This document shows positions 5,899-13,159 of a DNA stretch of 13,321 bases, piece by piece. The notes under the pieces were generated by a model, which did not search any database, was not told the DNA's origin, and saw only the letters and a program-made list of their open reading frames with translations. How positions within the stretch are numbered: the first letter of the stretch is position 1; each line of letters opens with the position of its first letter. The position numbers and the translations under genes are program-made. This DNA is from Halalkalibacterium halodurans (GTDB lineage: Bacteria > Bacillota > Bacilli > Bacillales > Bacillaceae_D), in the NCBI RefSeq assembly GCF_004376175.1, contig NZ_SNUY01000084.1:1-13321 (forward strand), read 5' to 3'.

Positions 5899-6443
5899 AA
5901 ACGACACTGAATACAGTAGCGAAAGAAGTAAATGAAGTCCTTCAACAGGTTAAAGAAGATCAAGCGATTGACCTCTCAAAAGCGCTCCTGCAGGCTAAAC
6001 GGATTTTCGTTTTAGGAGAAGGGCGTTCTGGACTAATGGGCAAGGCCTTTGCGATGAGGCTGATGCATGCAGGGTTTCATGTTTACGCAGTAGGGGAGAC
6101 AATCACACCAAGCATCCAGAAAGATGATCTGCTAGTAGCCATCTCAGGATCAGGCACCACAGGATCGATCGTTCAATTTGCAAAGAAAGCCAAAGAGGCA
6201 GGGGCTGAGGTTGCAGGAGTAACAACAGATGCCGCGTCTCCATTAGCAGAAGTGAGCAGCAATATGCTAATCATCCCAGCAGCAACGAAATACAGAAGAG
6301 AAACAGAGCCGGATACGATCCAGCCGCTCGGCAATCAATTTGATCAAAGTCTACATTTACTTCTAGATGCTATCATCATCTACACCGTGAAAGAAACAAG
6401 CAGCCATGAAGAGATGAAAAACAGGCATGCCAACTTAGAGTAA
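5895..6443 (+). CDS. hxlB: 6-phospho-3-hexuloisomerase-like SIS-domain isomerase
   Basis: 182 aa. SIS motif VLGEGRSGLMGKAFAMRL...ISGSGTT, the size typical of PHI, and a TTG start overlapping the preceding stop by 4 nt (TTGA), which suggests translational coupling. Confidence 0.8.
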   Translation: MKTTLNTVAKEVNEVLQQVKEDQAIDLSKALLQAKRIFVLGEGRSGLMGKAFAMRLMHAGFHVYAVGETITPSIQKDDLLVAISGSGTTGSIVQFAKKAKEAGAEVAGVTTDAASPLAEVSSNMLIIPAATKYRRETEPDTIQPLGNQFDQSLHLLLDAIIIYTVKETSSHEEMKNRHANLE

Positions 6444-6458
6444 GGGAGAGAATCATAA

Positions 6459-7469
6459 ATGACCGATATTAAAGTATCACAAGAAAAGCTTAAAGAGTTA
6501 GTTGTAAATAAATTAACGGATGCATCACTTGTAAGGGAACATGCTGAAATTGTAGCAGACGTTTTAATTCATGCCGATATGCGCGGCGTTAGTTCACACG
6601 GAGTTCTTCGTACAGAGCATTATGTAAAACGCTTAAATGAAGGCGGAATGAACCCGAATCCTGAGTTTAAAGTAACAGAAACAGGTCCATGTTCAGCGAT
6701 CTTTGATGGAGATGACGGCATGGGGCACGTGGTAACAAAAGAAGCGATGGATGTTTCGATTGAAATGGCTAAAAAGAACGGAATCGGAATGGTTGGAATC
6801 ACTAACAGCAGCCACTGCGGAGCTCTTTCATACTTTGTGCAGCAAGCAGCGGAACACAACCTGGTAGGTATGGCACTCACTCATACAGATAGTATCGTCG
6901 TTCCTTTTGGCGGGGCAAAGCCTTACTACGGTACAAACCCGATTGCTTATGGTTTCCCAGCTCGTAAAAATAAGCCAGTCATCCTTGACATGGCAACAAG
7001 CAACGTAGCATTTGGAAAGGTACTGCATGCTCGTGAAGCAGGCGGAGAGATTCCAAGTGACTGGGGCGTAGATGAAAAAGGGCAGCCAACGACAAACCCT
7101 CATGATGTTTCATACTTACTGCCTTTTGCAGGACCTAAAGGATACGGACTTGGCATGGTTGTCGATATTATGTCTGGAATTATGACGGGTTCAAGCTTCG
7201 GTCCTAATATTGCCAAAATGTACGGCGACTACGATAAAAAACGTAAGCTAGGACACTTTATCTTTACGATCAATCCTGCGATGTTTACAAATATCGATGA
7301 CTTCTTAGACTCAATGGACCAAATGATTGATGAAATTCACCAAGTAGAACCGGCTGAAGGATTTGACAAAGTATTAGTTCCAGGAGAACCTGAGCAGTTA
7401 AAAGAAGAGGTTGCTTTAACTGAAGGCGTGCCTGTTACTAAATCGGTTTATGAATATTTAGCTAACTAA
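6459..7469 (+). CDS. Ldh_2-family (type-2 malate/L-lactate dehydrogenase; YiaK/YjmC/AllD-like) oxidoreductase
   Basis: 336 aa. [32 protein letters not shown] and [10 protein letters not shown] are hallmark Ldh_2 blocks. Confidence 0.88.
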   Translation: MTDIKVSQEKLKELVVNKLTDASLVREHAEIVADVLIHADMRGVSSHGVLRTEHYVKRLNEGGMNPNPEFKVTETGPCSAIFDGDDGMGHVVTKEAMDVSIEMAKKNGIGMVGITNSSHCGALSYFVQQAAEHNLVGMALTHTDSIVVPFGGAKPYYGTNPIAYGFPARKNKPVILDMATSNVAFGKVLHAREAGGEIPSDWGVDEKGQPTTNPHDVSYLLPFAGPKGYGLGMVVDIMSGIMTGSSFGPNIAKMYGDYDKKRKLGHFIFTINPAMFTNIDDFLDSMDQMIDEIHQVEPAEGFDKVLVPGEPEQLKEEVALTEGVPVTKSVYEYLAN

Positions 7470-7483
7470 TTTAATGGTTGCAA

Positions 7484-7500
7484 ACGGTTACGATAACCGT
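7484..7500. promoter_or_regulatory. Intra-operon 17-bp palindrome
   Basis: ACGGTTA-cga-TAACCGT lies in the 61-nt gap between the Ldh_2 and SBP genes, with no U-tract after it. It overlaps a cre/LacI-operator-like TGCAAACGGTTACG (7479-7492). Confidence 0.4.
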
Positions 7501-7530
7501 ACACAAATACACATTTAGGGGGATATACAC

Positions 7531-8553
7531 ATGAAAAAGCTTAAAGGGTTAGTGATTGGATCGGCATTACTTATGATGCTTGCTGCTTGTGGCGGAGGAG
7601 ATACGGAAACAACAGCCGACGGTGTAGAAGAAAATACTGCATCTGGTGAAACAATTAACTGGAGAATGGGTCACTTAGCTGCTGAAGATCACATTTGGCA
7701 CCAAACAGCTGAGAAATTTGCAGAGCTTGTTAGTGAGAAAACAGAAGGTCAAATTGATATTTCAATCTATCCGAACAACCAGCTTGGCGGGGAAACAGAA
7801 GTATTAAATAGTGTGAAGGGCGGAAACGTTGACCTTCTTATCACTGGTGAAACGATGCAAAACTGGGCACCAAAAGCAGCGCTTTTAGCGGTACCATATG
7901 CGTTCCGTGATTCAGATCACTTAAAAGCAGTTGTTGAAGGGGAGATCGGACGCGAAATTGAAGAGGAAATCGTAGAAAAAGTGGGCGTTACACCTTTATT
8001 CCACATGGAACGTGCACCTCGTAACTTAACATCAAATGAGCCGATCAGCACACCTGAAGATTTAAGCGGTTTCAGAATGCGTGTACCTAACGTTCCTTTA
8101 TTCATGGATTCTTGGAGTGCAGCTGGTGCGAGCCCGCAAGTAATGGACTTTAATGAGGTATTTACTGGACTACAGCAAGGTGTAATCCACGGTCAAGAAA
8201 ACCCAGTTGACCTTATTCACAGCGGCGGTCTTTATGAAGTACAACAATATGTAAACGAAACAGAGCATGTGTACTCTTGGATTTATGTAGTAGTAGGTAA
8301 CTCTCAATTCGAAGCGTTAAGTGAAGACCTGCAGCAAGCAGTAATGGAAGCAGCTGAAGAAGCTAAAGTGTTTGGTGATGAGCTGTTCGTTGAAGAAATT
8401 CAAAATTACCGTGACACTCTTGAAGAAGAAGGCATGACATTTAATAGTGATGTTGACCAAGATGCGTTCCGTGAAGCAATGGAGCCAGCGATTGAAAGTG
8501 CATTAACAGAAGAGCAATTTGAGCTTTATCAGCAAATTTTAGAAGTTCAATAA
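7531..8553 (+). CDS. TRAP transporter solute-binding protein (DctP family), lipoprotein
   Basis: 340 aa. Signal peptide with lipobox MMLAAC (Cys20), and DctP-type blocks (QLGGETE, VPYAFRD, ERAPRNLT, LSGFRMRVP, ENPV). Confidence 0.92.
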   Translation: MKKLKGLVIGSALLMMLAACGGGDTETTADGVEENTASGETINWRMGHLAAEDHIWHQTAEKFAELVSEKTEGQIDISIYPNNQLGGETEVLNSVKGGNVDLLITGETMQNWAPKAALLAVPYAFRDSDHLKAVVEGEIGREIEEEIVEKVGVTPLFHMERAPRNLTSNEPISTPEDLSGFRMRVPNVPLFMDSWSAAGASPQVMDFNEVFTGLQQGVIHGQENPVDLIHSGGLYEVQQYVNETEHVYSWIYVVVGNSQFEALSEDLQQAVMEAAEEAKVFGDELFVEEIQNYRDTLEEEGMTFNSDVDQDAFREAMEPAIESALTEEQFELYQQILEVQ

Positions 8554-8561
8554 GGAATTCT

Positions 8562-8598
8562 AATAAGACGTATCAACTAGACGTTGGTACGTCTTATT
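8562..8598 (+). other. Stable hairpin after the SBP gene (mRNA stabiliser or partial attenuator)
   Basis: AATAAGACGTA (8562-8572) pairs perfectly with TACGTCTTATT (8588-8598) across a 15-nt loop. Only TTCT follows. Confidence 0.5.
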
Positions 8599-8611
8599 TC
8601 TAAGAAAGGCG

Positions 8612-9097
8612 ATGAGAAATGTGAGACCGCTAAAACTTTTAGATCGAACGCTAGAAGTCTTAACTGCCCTATGTTTTATCGGTATTATTGTCGTTGTAAC
8701 TATGCAGATATCTACTAGATTCCTACCTTTTTCAGCTGTTTGGACAGAAGAGTTAACACGTTATTTATTTATATTCGCGGTATCTTTTGGAGCACCGCTT
8801 GCGATGAAACGTCAAGAATTTATTAGTATCGATTTCATTTTGAATGCAATACCGGAGAGGTTCCGGAATTATTATACAGCGTTTACTCAACTTCTAGTCA
8901 TTGTGATGTGTTCCTACATTGCCTATTACGGCTACTACTTTATGCTGCTTGGTCAAGGGCAGCGTTCAGCTACGATGGCGATTGAAATGTCATGGATTCA
9001 TGCAAGCATCGGTTTATCCATGCTGCTTGTAGGAGTGTATGCGATTATCAGTATCGTTGATTTATTTGTTAGAAGGAAGCGAGGCGAACAAGCATGA
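8612..9097 (+). CDS. TRAP transporter small permease (DctQ family)
   Basis: 161 aa with four hydrophobic segments, positioned between the DctP and DctM genes. Confidence 0.88.
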   Translation: MRNVRPLKLLDRTLEVLTALCFIGIIVVVTMQISTRFLPFSAVWTEELTRYLFIFAVSFGAPLAMKRQEFISIDFILNAIPERFRNYYTAFTQLLVIVMCSYIAYYGYYFMLLGQGQRSATMAIEMSWIHASIGLSMLLVGVYAIISIVDLFVRRKRGEQA

Positions 9098-10368
9098 TGG
9101 CATTACTTTTATTCCTATCCTTCCTTGTTCTCATGTTTTTAGGAGTACCCATTGCCTTTAGTTTAGGGCTTTCAAGTTTACTTTATTTAATTATTGTGGA
9201 TGTTCCTTTGACGATTATCCCGCAGCGCATGTTCTCTGGGATTAACTCATTCGTTCTTCTATGTATCCCGGGTTTCATTCTTGCTGGGAACTTAATGAAT
9301 GCAGGGGGGATTACGGAGCGAATTATCAAATTTGCCAATGATGTAGTGGGTCATATTAGAGGAGGACTAGGTCTTGCGAATATCGGGTCCTCTATGGGGT
9401 TTGCCGGAATTTCTGGAACAGCTTTAGCGGATACAGCGAGTATTGGTTCGGTGATGATTCCAGCGATGAAAAAGCAAGGCTATGATGCACCGTATGCAGC
9501 GGCTGTTACTTCATCATCCTCTACAATTGGGCCGATCATCCCTCCATCTTTACCATTAATAATTGTTGGAACACTTGCTAGTATATCAATTGGTGATTTA
9601 TTTTTAGCTGGGGCGATTCCAGGAGTCTTACTGGGGATAGGGTTAATGATTATGGCATACTACCTATCCGTTAAGAGAGGATACCCAAAGCAAGATCGTA
9701 AGCCAATCAGTGAAATTACAAAATCGTTCTTCGGCGCATTCTGGGCGCTTTTGATGACCGTTATTATTTTATACGGAATTCTTGGCGGTTACTTTACACC
9801 GACCGAGGCATCCATAGTTGCTGTTCTTTACGCATTAGTGATCGGTTTATTTGTTTACAAAGACTTAAAGATCAAACAAGTTCCAAAAATTATTCTAGAT
9901 TCAATGATCAGCACAGCATCGATCTTAATTCTAGTAGGGTTTGCTAATTTATTTGGTTACATTCTAGTGAGTGAACAAATTCCTATTCTTGTAGCCGATA
10001 CGATTTTAGGAATTACCGAAAACCCAATCCTCGTTATTCTGTTAATTATCTTATTATTGCTATTTGTTGGAACGTTTATGGAAACCATTGCAGCACTTGT
10101 TATCTTATTCCCTGTATTACTTCCTGTAGCTGCACAAGTAGGTATGGATCCAGTTCACTTTGGAGTGGTAATGGTACTAGCATTAATCATCGGGCTGACA
10201 ACACCGCCTGTAGGAGTGTGCTTGTTTGTTGCATCAAGCATCGGAAAAGTGTCGATCTGGGATACGACAAAAGCACTCGTTCCGTTCCTATTTGTAAGTT
10301 TAGTCGTTTTACTATTAGTTGCATTTATTCCAGAACTTACGTTGTTCTTGCCAAGTTTGTTTGATTAA
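9094..10368 (+). CDS. TRAP transporter large permease (DctM family)
   Basis: 424 aa polytopic membrane protein with DctM-type blocks ([33 protein letters not shown]). Its ATG overlaps the dctQ stop by 4 nt. Confidence 0.92.
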   Translation: MMALLLFLSFLVLMFLGVPIAFSLGLSSLLYLIIVDVPLTIIPQRMFSGINSFVLLCIPGFILAGNLMNAGGITERIIKFANDVVGHIRGGLGLANIGSSMGFAGISGTALADTASIGSVMIPAMKKQGYDAPYAAAVTSSSSTIGPIIPPSLPLIIVGTLASISIGDLFLAGAIPGVLLGIGLMIMAYYLSVKRGYPKQDRKPISEITKSFFGAFWALLMTVIILYGILGGYFTPTEASIVAVLYALVIGLFVYKDLKIKQVPKIILDSMISTASILILVGFANLFGYILVSEQIPILVADTILGITENPILVILLIILLLLFVGTFMETIAALVILFPVLLPVAAQVGMDPVHFGVVMVLALIIGLTTPPVGVCLFVASSIGKVSIWDTTKALVPFLFVSLVVLLLVAFIPELTLFLPSLFD

Positions 10369-10385
10369 TAGGAGGCGTCTTGAGG

Positions 10386-11402
10386 ATGAAAGTTGTAAAT
10401 GTTGAGGAAGCGGGTTCGATTGCAGTCATTGAAAAAGAAGTGCCTGATATCAAAGCGGCAAATGAAGTGCTGATGCGTGTCCGTATGGTAGGAATTTGCG
10501 GGTCAGATATGCATATCTATCACGGGACCAATCCATTAGCTACGTATCCACGGATTATCGGACATGAAGTGACAGGCGAAGTCGTCAAAGCGGGGGAGAG
10601 TGTGTCCCGTTTAAAAGAAGGCGATAAGGTGGTACTAGAGCCAATTGATACATGCGGCGAGTGCTATGCTTGCCGTAATGGACGAGCAAATGTGTGCGAA
10701 AAGCTTGAAGTATATGGTGTACACCGCGACGGAGGCATGCAGGAATATATGGTCGTAAACGAAGCTCACCTTCATAAAGTCGATGCATCAATACCCTTTG
10801 AAGATTCGGTATTAGTGGAGCCTTTTACGATCGGGGCACAAGCCAACTGGCGTGGAGATGTCCAAAAAGGTGATACCGTGTTAATTCAAGGAGCAGGACC
10901 GATTGGCATCTGTTGTCTAAAAGTAGCAAATCTGCTTGGAGCCACATGCTTTATCACCGATCTAAGTGAAGAACGATTAGACTTTGCCGTAAAGTGCGGA
11001 GCAGATAAAGTGATTCATGCTGGTAAAGAGGATGTAGTGGAGACGGTAATGGAAGCAACGGCTGGTGAAGGGGCCAATGTTGTCATTGATGCGGTATGTC
11101 TCCCGCAAACATTCGAATTAGGCATCCACGCAGCATCCATTGCCGGACATGTTGTGGTACTAGGGTTTGATGAGCGTCCATCAACGATCTCTCAACTTCC
11201 AATTACTAAAAAAGAATTAACGATTGTCGGATCACGTCTACAAACGAACCAATTTGAAAAAGTCATTAAGTGGATGGAAGAAAAAGAGCTGAATGTAGAT
11301 GAAATGGTCACACATACTTTCTCTATTGATGAAATTAAAGAAGCGATGTCTTTCATTGAAAACAATCCAAATGAAGTACGAAAAGCAGTAATCTCCATGT
11401 AA
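10386..11402 (+). CDS. Zn-dependent medium-chain dehydrogenase/reductase (sorbitol/idonate/YjmD-like)
   Basis: GHEVTGEV catalytic-Zn motif, structural-Zn cysteines [15 protein letters not shown], and Rossmann GAGPIG. The track starts at TTG 10380, but AGGAGG (10370-10375) is only 4 nt from that TTG and 10 nt from ATG 10386, so the ATG is preferred. Confidence 0.9.
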   Translation: MKVVNVEEAGSIAVIEKEVPDIKAANEVLMRVRMVGICGSDMHIYHGTNPLATYPRIIGHEVTGEVVKAGESVSRLKEGDKVVLEPIDTCGECYACRNGRANVCEKLEVYGVHRDGGMQEYMVVNEAHLHKVDASIPFEDSVLVEPFTIGAQANWRGDVQKGDTVLIQGAGPIGICCLKVANLLGATCFITDLSEERLDFAVKCGADKVIHAGKEDVVETVMEATAGEGANVVIDAVCLPQTFELGIHAASIAGHVVVLGFDERPSTISQLPITKKELTIVGSRLQTNQFEKVIKWMEEKELNVDEMVTHTFSIDEIKEAMSFIENNPNEVRKAVISM

Positions 11403-11411
11403 GCACGATCT

Positions 11412-11434
11412 GCCCGCCCAATTATCGGGTGGGC
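11412..11434 (+). other. GC-rich hairpin 10 nt after the dehydrogenase stop; terminator stem without a U-tract
   Basis: GCCCGCCC-aattatc-GGGTGGGC, with one G-U pair in the plus-strand RNA, is followed by TAACCCTTGG rather than Ts. Confidence 0.5.
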
Positions 11435-11659
11435 TAACCCTTGGTGCTTGCGCTCTATTTGCTCCAATCGCTTGCGCTCAATTCGTTGTAAATGCGCTTT
11501 TTTCTGCTCCATATATTCCATGTAATCGTTATCGGGTACAAACTCGCCTTGCGTGGCTTTAAACCGGCTGTAATTGCCGTTTTTTCGTCCGTCTATAATT
11601 AATGGTGCCCTATTCGGCGTTCGTGCGCTCCTGCCCGGCGTTCTCGTTACCATTCGCAT
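11435..11659 (-). pseudogene. 5' portion of an unknown basic protein gene (module gene B), 3' end lost at the junction with the operon
   Basis: Starts MRMVTRTPGRSARTPNRAPLIIDGRKNGNYSRFKATQGEFVPDNDYMEYMEQKKAHLQRIERKRLEQIERKHQG, with RBS GAGAGGGTGG 7 nt before ATG 11659. The track ORF (11192..11668) continues through the hairpin and 211 nt antisense into the dehydrogenase gene, which I read as accidental read-through. Confidence 0.5.
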
Positions 11660-11682
11660 TTTATCCACCCTCTCGCATTTAT

Positions 11683-12057
11683 TTAAACGTTGCTAAAAAA
11701 CGCCTTTTCAATAACTGCCTTGTATTCGTGTGCATGGTACGGCTCTTTTTCGTTCTCCAATAACCACGCCTCAAACATTTCTAAAATATCTCGCCATAAC
11801 TCGCCCTCACTTTTCACTGGGTACCAATTCGCATGGTGCTGTTTATTTTTGTTGTAATCCTCTATTTCCTCTTGGCTCCAAAATTCCAAATAACATAAGT
11901 GTGAAAAAATCGTGCCGGCTTTGCTGTTGTCCATTAAAAACGCCGTAAAATTTTGCTGTGCGTCCCGGCTAATATAATCGTTTAAAATCAAATCCGTTTT
12001 TTTCGGCTCTATTGATTTTTCAATTTTTAATAACCGGCTTTTAAAATTCCTTGCCAT
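11683..12057 (-). CDS. Hypothetical protein (module gene A), 124 aa
   Basis: RBS GAGAGGGTGAGGG before the ATG. Shares the N-terminus MAR(H)NFKSRLLKI.K.IEPK and an internal Y.E.W...EIE.YN block with the frameshifted copy at 12253-12665. No family recognised. Confidence 0.65.
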   Translation of the reverse strand: MARNFKSRLLKIEKSIEPKKTDLILNDYISRDAQQNFTAFLMDNSKAGTIFSHLCYLEFWSQEEIEDYNKNKQHHANWYPVKSEGELWRDILEMFEAWLLENEKEPYHAHEYKAVIEKAFFSNV

Positions 12058-12090
12058 GCCCTCACCCTCTCTAATTCATCACCACCTCGA

Positions 12091-12131
12091 AATAATGGCT
12101 TGCATGGGGTTTGTTTTAGCAAGCCATTATT
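12091..12131. repeat. Perfect 13-bp inverted repeat (hairpin) between the two module copies
   Basis: AATAATGGCTTGC (12091-12103) and GCAAGCCATTATT (12119-12131) with a 15-nt loop. There is no convincing U-tract on either strand. Confidence 0.8.
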
Positions 12132-12207
12132 TTACTCCCCTGCCCGTCATTCTCGTTACTGTTTTTACAATGCTATGTCGTTGCCCACCTTTTCTGTAAA
12201 CGCTCAT
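12127..12207 (-). pseudogene. 26-codon remnant of module gene B (copy B')
   Basis: GGGAG lies 8 nt before the ATG at 12207. The product MSVYRKGGQRHSIVKTVTRMTGRGVK and its DNA (GTAACGAGAATGACGGGCAGGGGA) match gene B (VTRTPGRS; GTAACGAGAACGCCGGGCAGGAGC). The stop lies inside the 13-bp hairpin arm. Confidence 0.35.
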
Positions 12208-12252
12208 TTTGCTTACTCCCCTTCCCATTTCTTAATTTTTTGTGTAAGCCTA

Positions 12253-12665
12253 TTACCCTCTTAACTCGTTTAAAATCTTTTCGTTAATGTGTAATAAATC
12301 ATGGTGCCCATGCTCTTTTAATAACTCGCCAAACCGCTCATACAATGCTATCGCTGTTTCTCGCTCGCTTTTTATTTCATACTTGGACGTGGTAACAACG
12401 CCGGTCTTTTGCTCGTAACGCTCCCACCGCTTACGCCCCCCATTTTTTAAATCATGGTTGTATTTCTCAATTTCCCATGGTGTCCACTTTTCGTAATAGT
12501 CCAATGTAACGTTAAAACATCGCTCATGTGGTCATTTACGGCTAAATCCGTTATAACGCTTATATAACGTTCCTCGGGGTCGTCCGGCTCTTTTAACACT
12601 GTTATTTTCGGCTCTATCGTTTTTTTAATTTTCAGTAAACGACTTTTAAAATTGTGCCTTGCCAT
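12253..12665 (-). pseudogene. Frameshifted paralogue of module gene A (copy A')
   Basis: Track ORFs 12447..12665 (MARHNFKSRLLKIKKTIEPK...) and 12253..12504 (..DYYEKWTPWEIEKYNHDL...) align with the N-terminal and central/C-terminal parts of the 124-aa protein respectively. They are in different frames, with the shift near 12500-12515. Confidence 0.55.
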
Positions 12666-12909
12666 TCGTTCGCCCCCCTTCTCCTGCTTCGTGAATTTGT
12701 TTTATTGTTTCTTCCATGTCCTCTATTTTTTCGGCTAATTCTCCCACTTCCATGGCTCTAAGAATTGTGTTTGATAATGTGGCTATGGCTCGGGCTTTTT
12801 CAATTGTCAATTCTCCGTCCTGCAATAAACCGTTTATAACTCTTGCTAACATACGCCGGACGTCTTGCGGTTTCGTTAATCTTATATCTCGCTCAAATTC
12901 ATACGCCAT
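12646..12909 (-). CDS. Hypothetical 87-aa helical protein, first gene of the minus-strand small-ORF array
   Basis: Strong RBS AGGAGGGTGG 5 nt before the ATG. Its stop overlaps the A' start (aATGGCAAGGCACAATTTTAA). Helical/coiled-coil-looking sequence (ELAEKIEDMEETIKQI). No family recognised. Confidence 0.65.
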   Translation of the reverse strand: MAYEFERDIRLTKPQDVRRMLARVINGLLQDGELTIEKARAIATLSNTILRAMEVGELAEKIEDMEETIKQIHEAGEGGRTNGKAQF

Positions 12910-12969
12910 TTACACCACCCTCCTAAAAGCCTTTAATACCAATGGTTTTCGCCGTTTTTTCATTGCAAA

Positions 12970-13022
12970 TAATATAACGGTGTATCGCAAATATGGACGC
13001 TGTTATATTACTCTTATATTAC
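12970..13022. promoter_or_regulatory. Operator-like 9-mer repeats upstream of the small-ORF array
   Basis: TAATATAAC (12970-12978) is the perfect inverse of GTTATATTA (13002-13010). TTATATTAC occurs at 13003-13011 and again at 13014-13022, 11 bp apart. Confidence 0.45.
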
Positions 13023-13056
13023 CGTAAATTACCAAATGAATAAAACATCTATTATG

Positions 13057-13159
13057 TTTTTGTATGATTTATGCCACTATCTTTTTTTGTTCGGCTTTAA
13101 ATGCTTATATATCAACTGCTTACAACGTGAACAATACAGAATGGTATTTTTGTATGATT
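13057..13159. repeat. 13-bp direct repeat pair in the AT-rich non-coding region
   Basis: TTTTTGTATGATT occurs at 13057-13069 and 13147-13159. Confidence 0.6.

Noticed and set aside
5269-6443. Reading the HPS/PHI pair as an ordinary hxlAB formaldehyde-detoxification module
   Set aside because: The pair is embedded, with 9-15 nt gaps, inside a LacI-controlled operon with a carboxylate-type TRAP transporter, a kinase and two dehydrogenases. There is no HxlR-type regulator. The simple interpretation does not explain the context, although it remains the null hypothesis.
11192-11402. The 3' 70 codons of track ORF 11192..11668, lying antisense inside the Zn-dehydrogenase gene
   Set aside because: A 211-nt convergent overlap with a well-supported gene is unlikely. 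The sequence after the 11412-11434 hairpin has no resemblance to the basic/coiled N-terminal part and is read as read-through after truncation.
2971-11450. The hexamer TGCTTG is present at both block junctions (2971-2976 and 11445-11450); possible target-site duplication or microhomology
   Set aside because: A 6-mer shared between two roughly 30-bp windows is expected by chance at an appreciable rate. The block has no transposase or terminal inverted repeats, and the two flanks would not be contiguous genes if it were removed.
3881-11948. Minus- or plus-strand shadow ORFs: inside the operon (3881..4129, 4254..4535, 5087..5302, 5205..5552, 5392..5577, 6620..6880, 6828..7103, 7917..8105, 10585..10791), plus 11730..11948 opposite gene A
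   Set aside because: All are antisense to strongly supported genes, lack Shine-Dalgarno sequences and have Ser/Cys/Arg-rich compositions typical of non-coding frames.
12716-13027. 103-aa plus-strand ORF
   Set aside because: It is antisense to the 87-aa gene, which has a strong RBS, and then runs into AT-rich repeats. It has no RBS.
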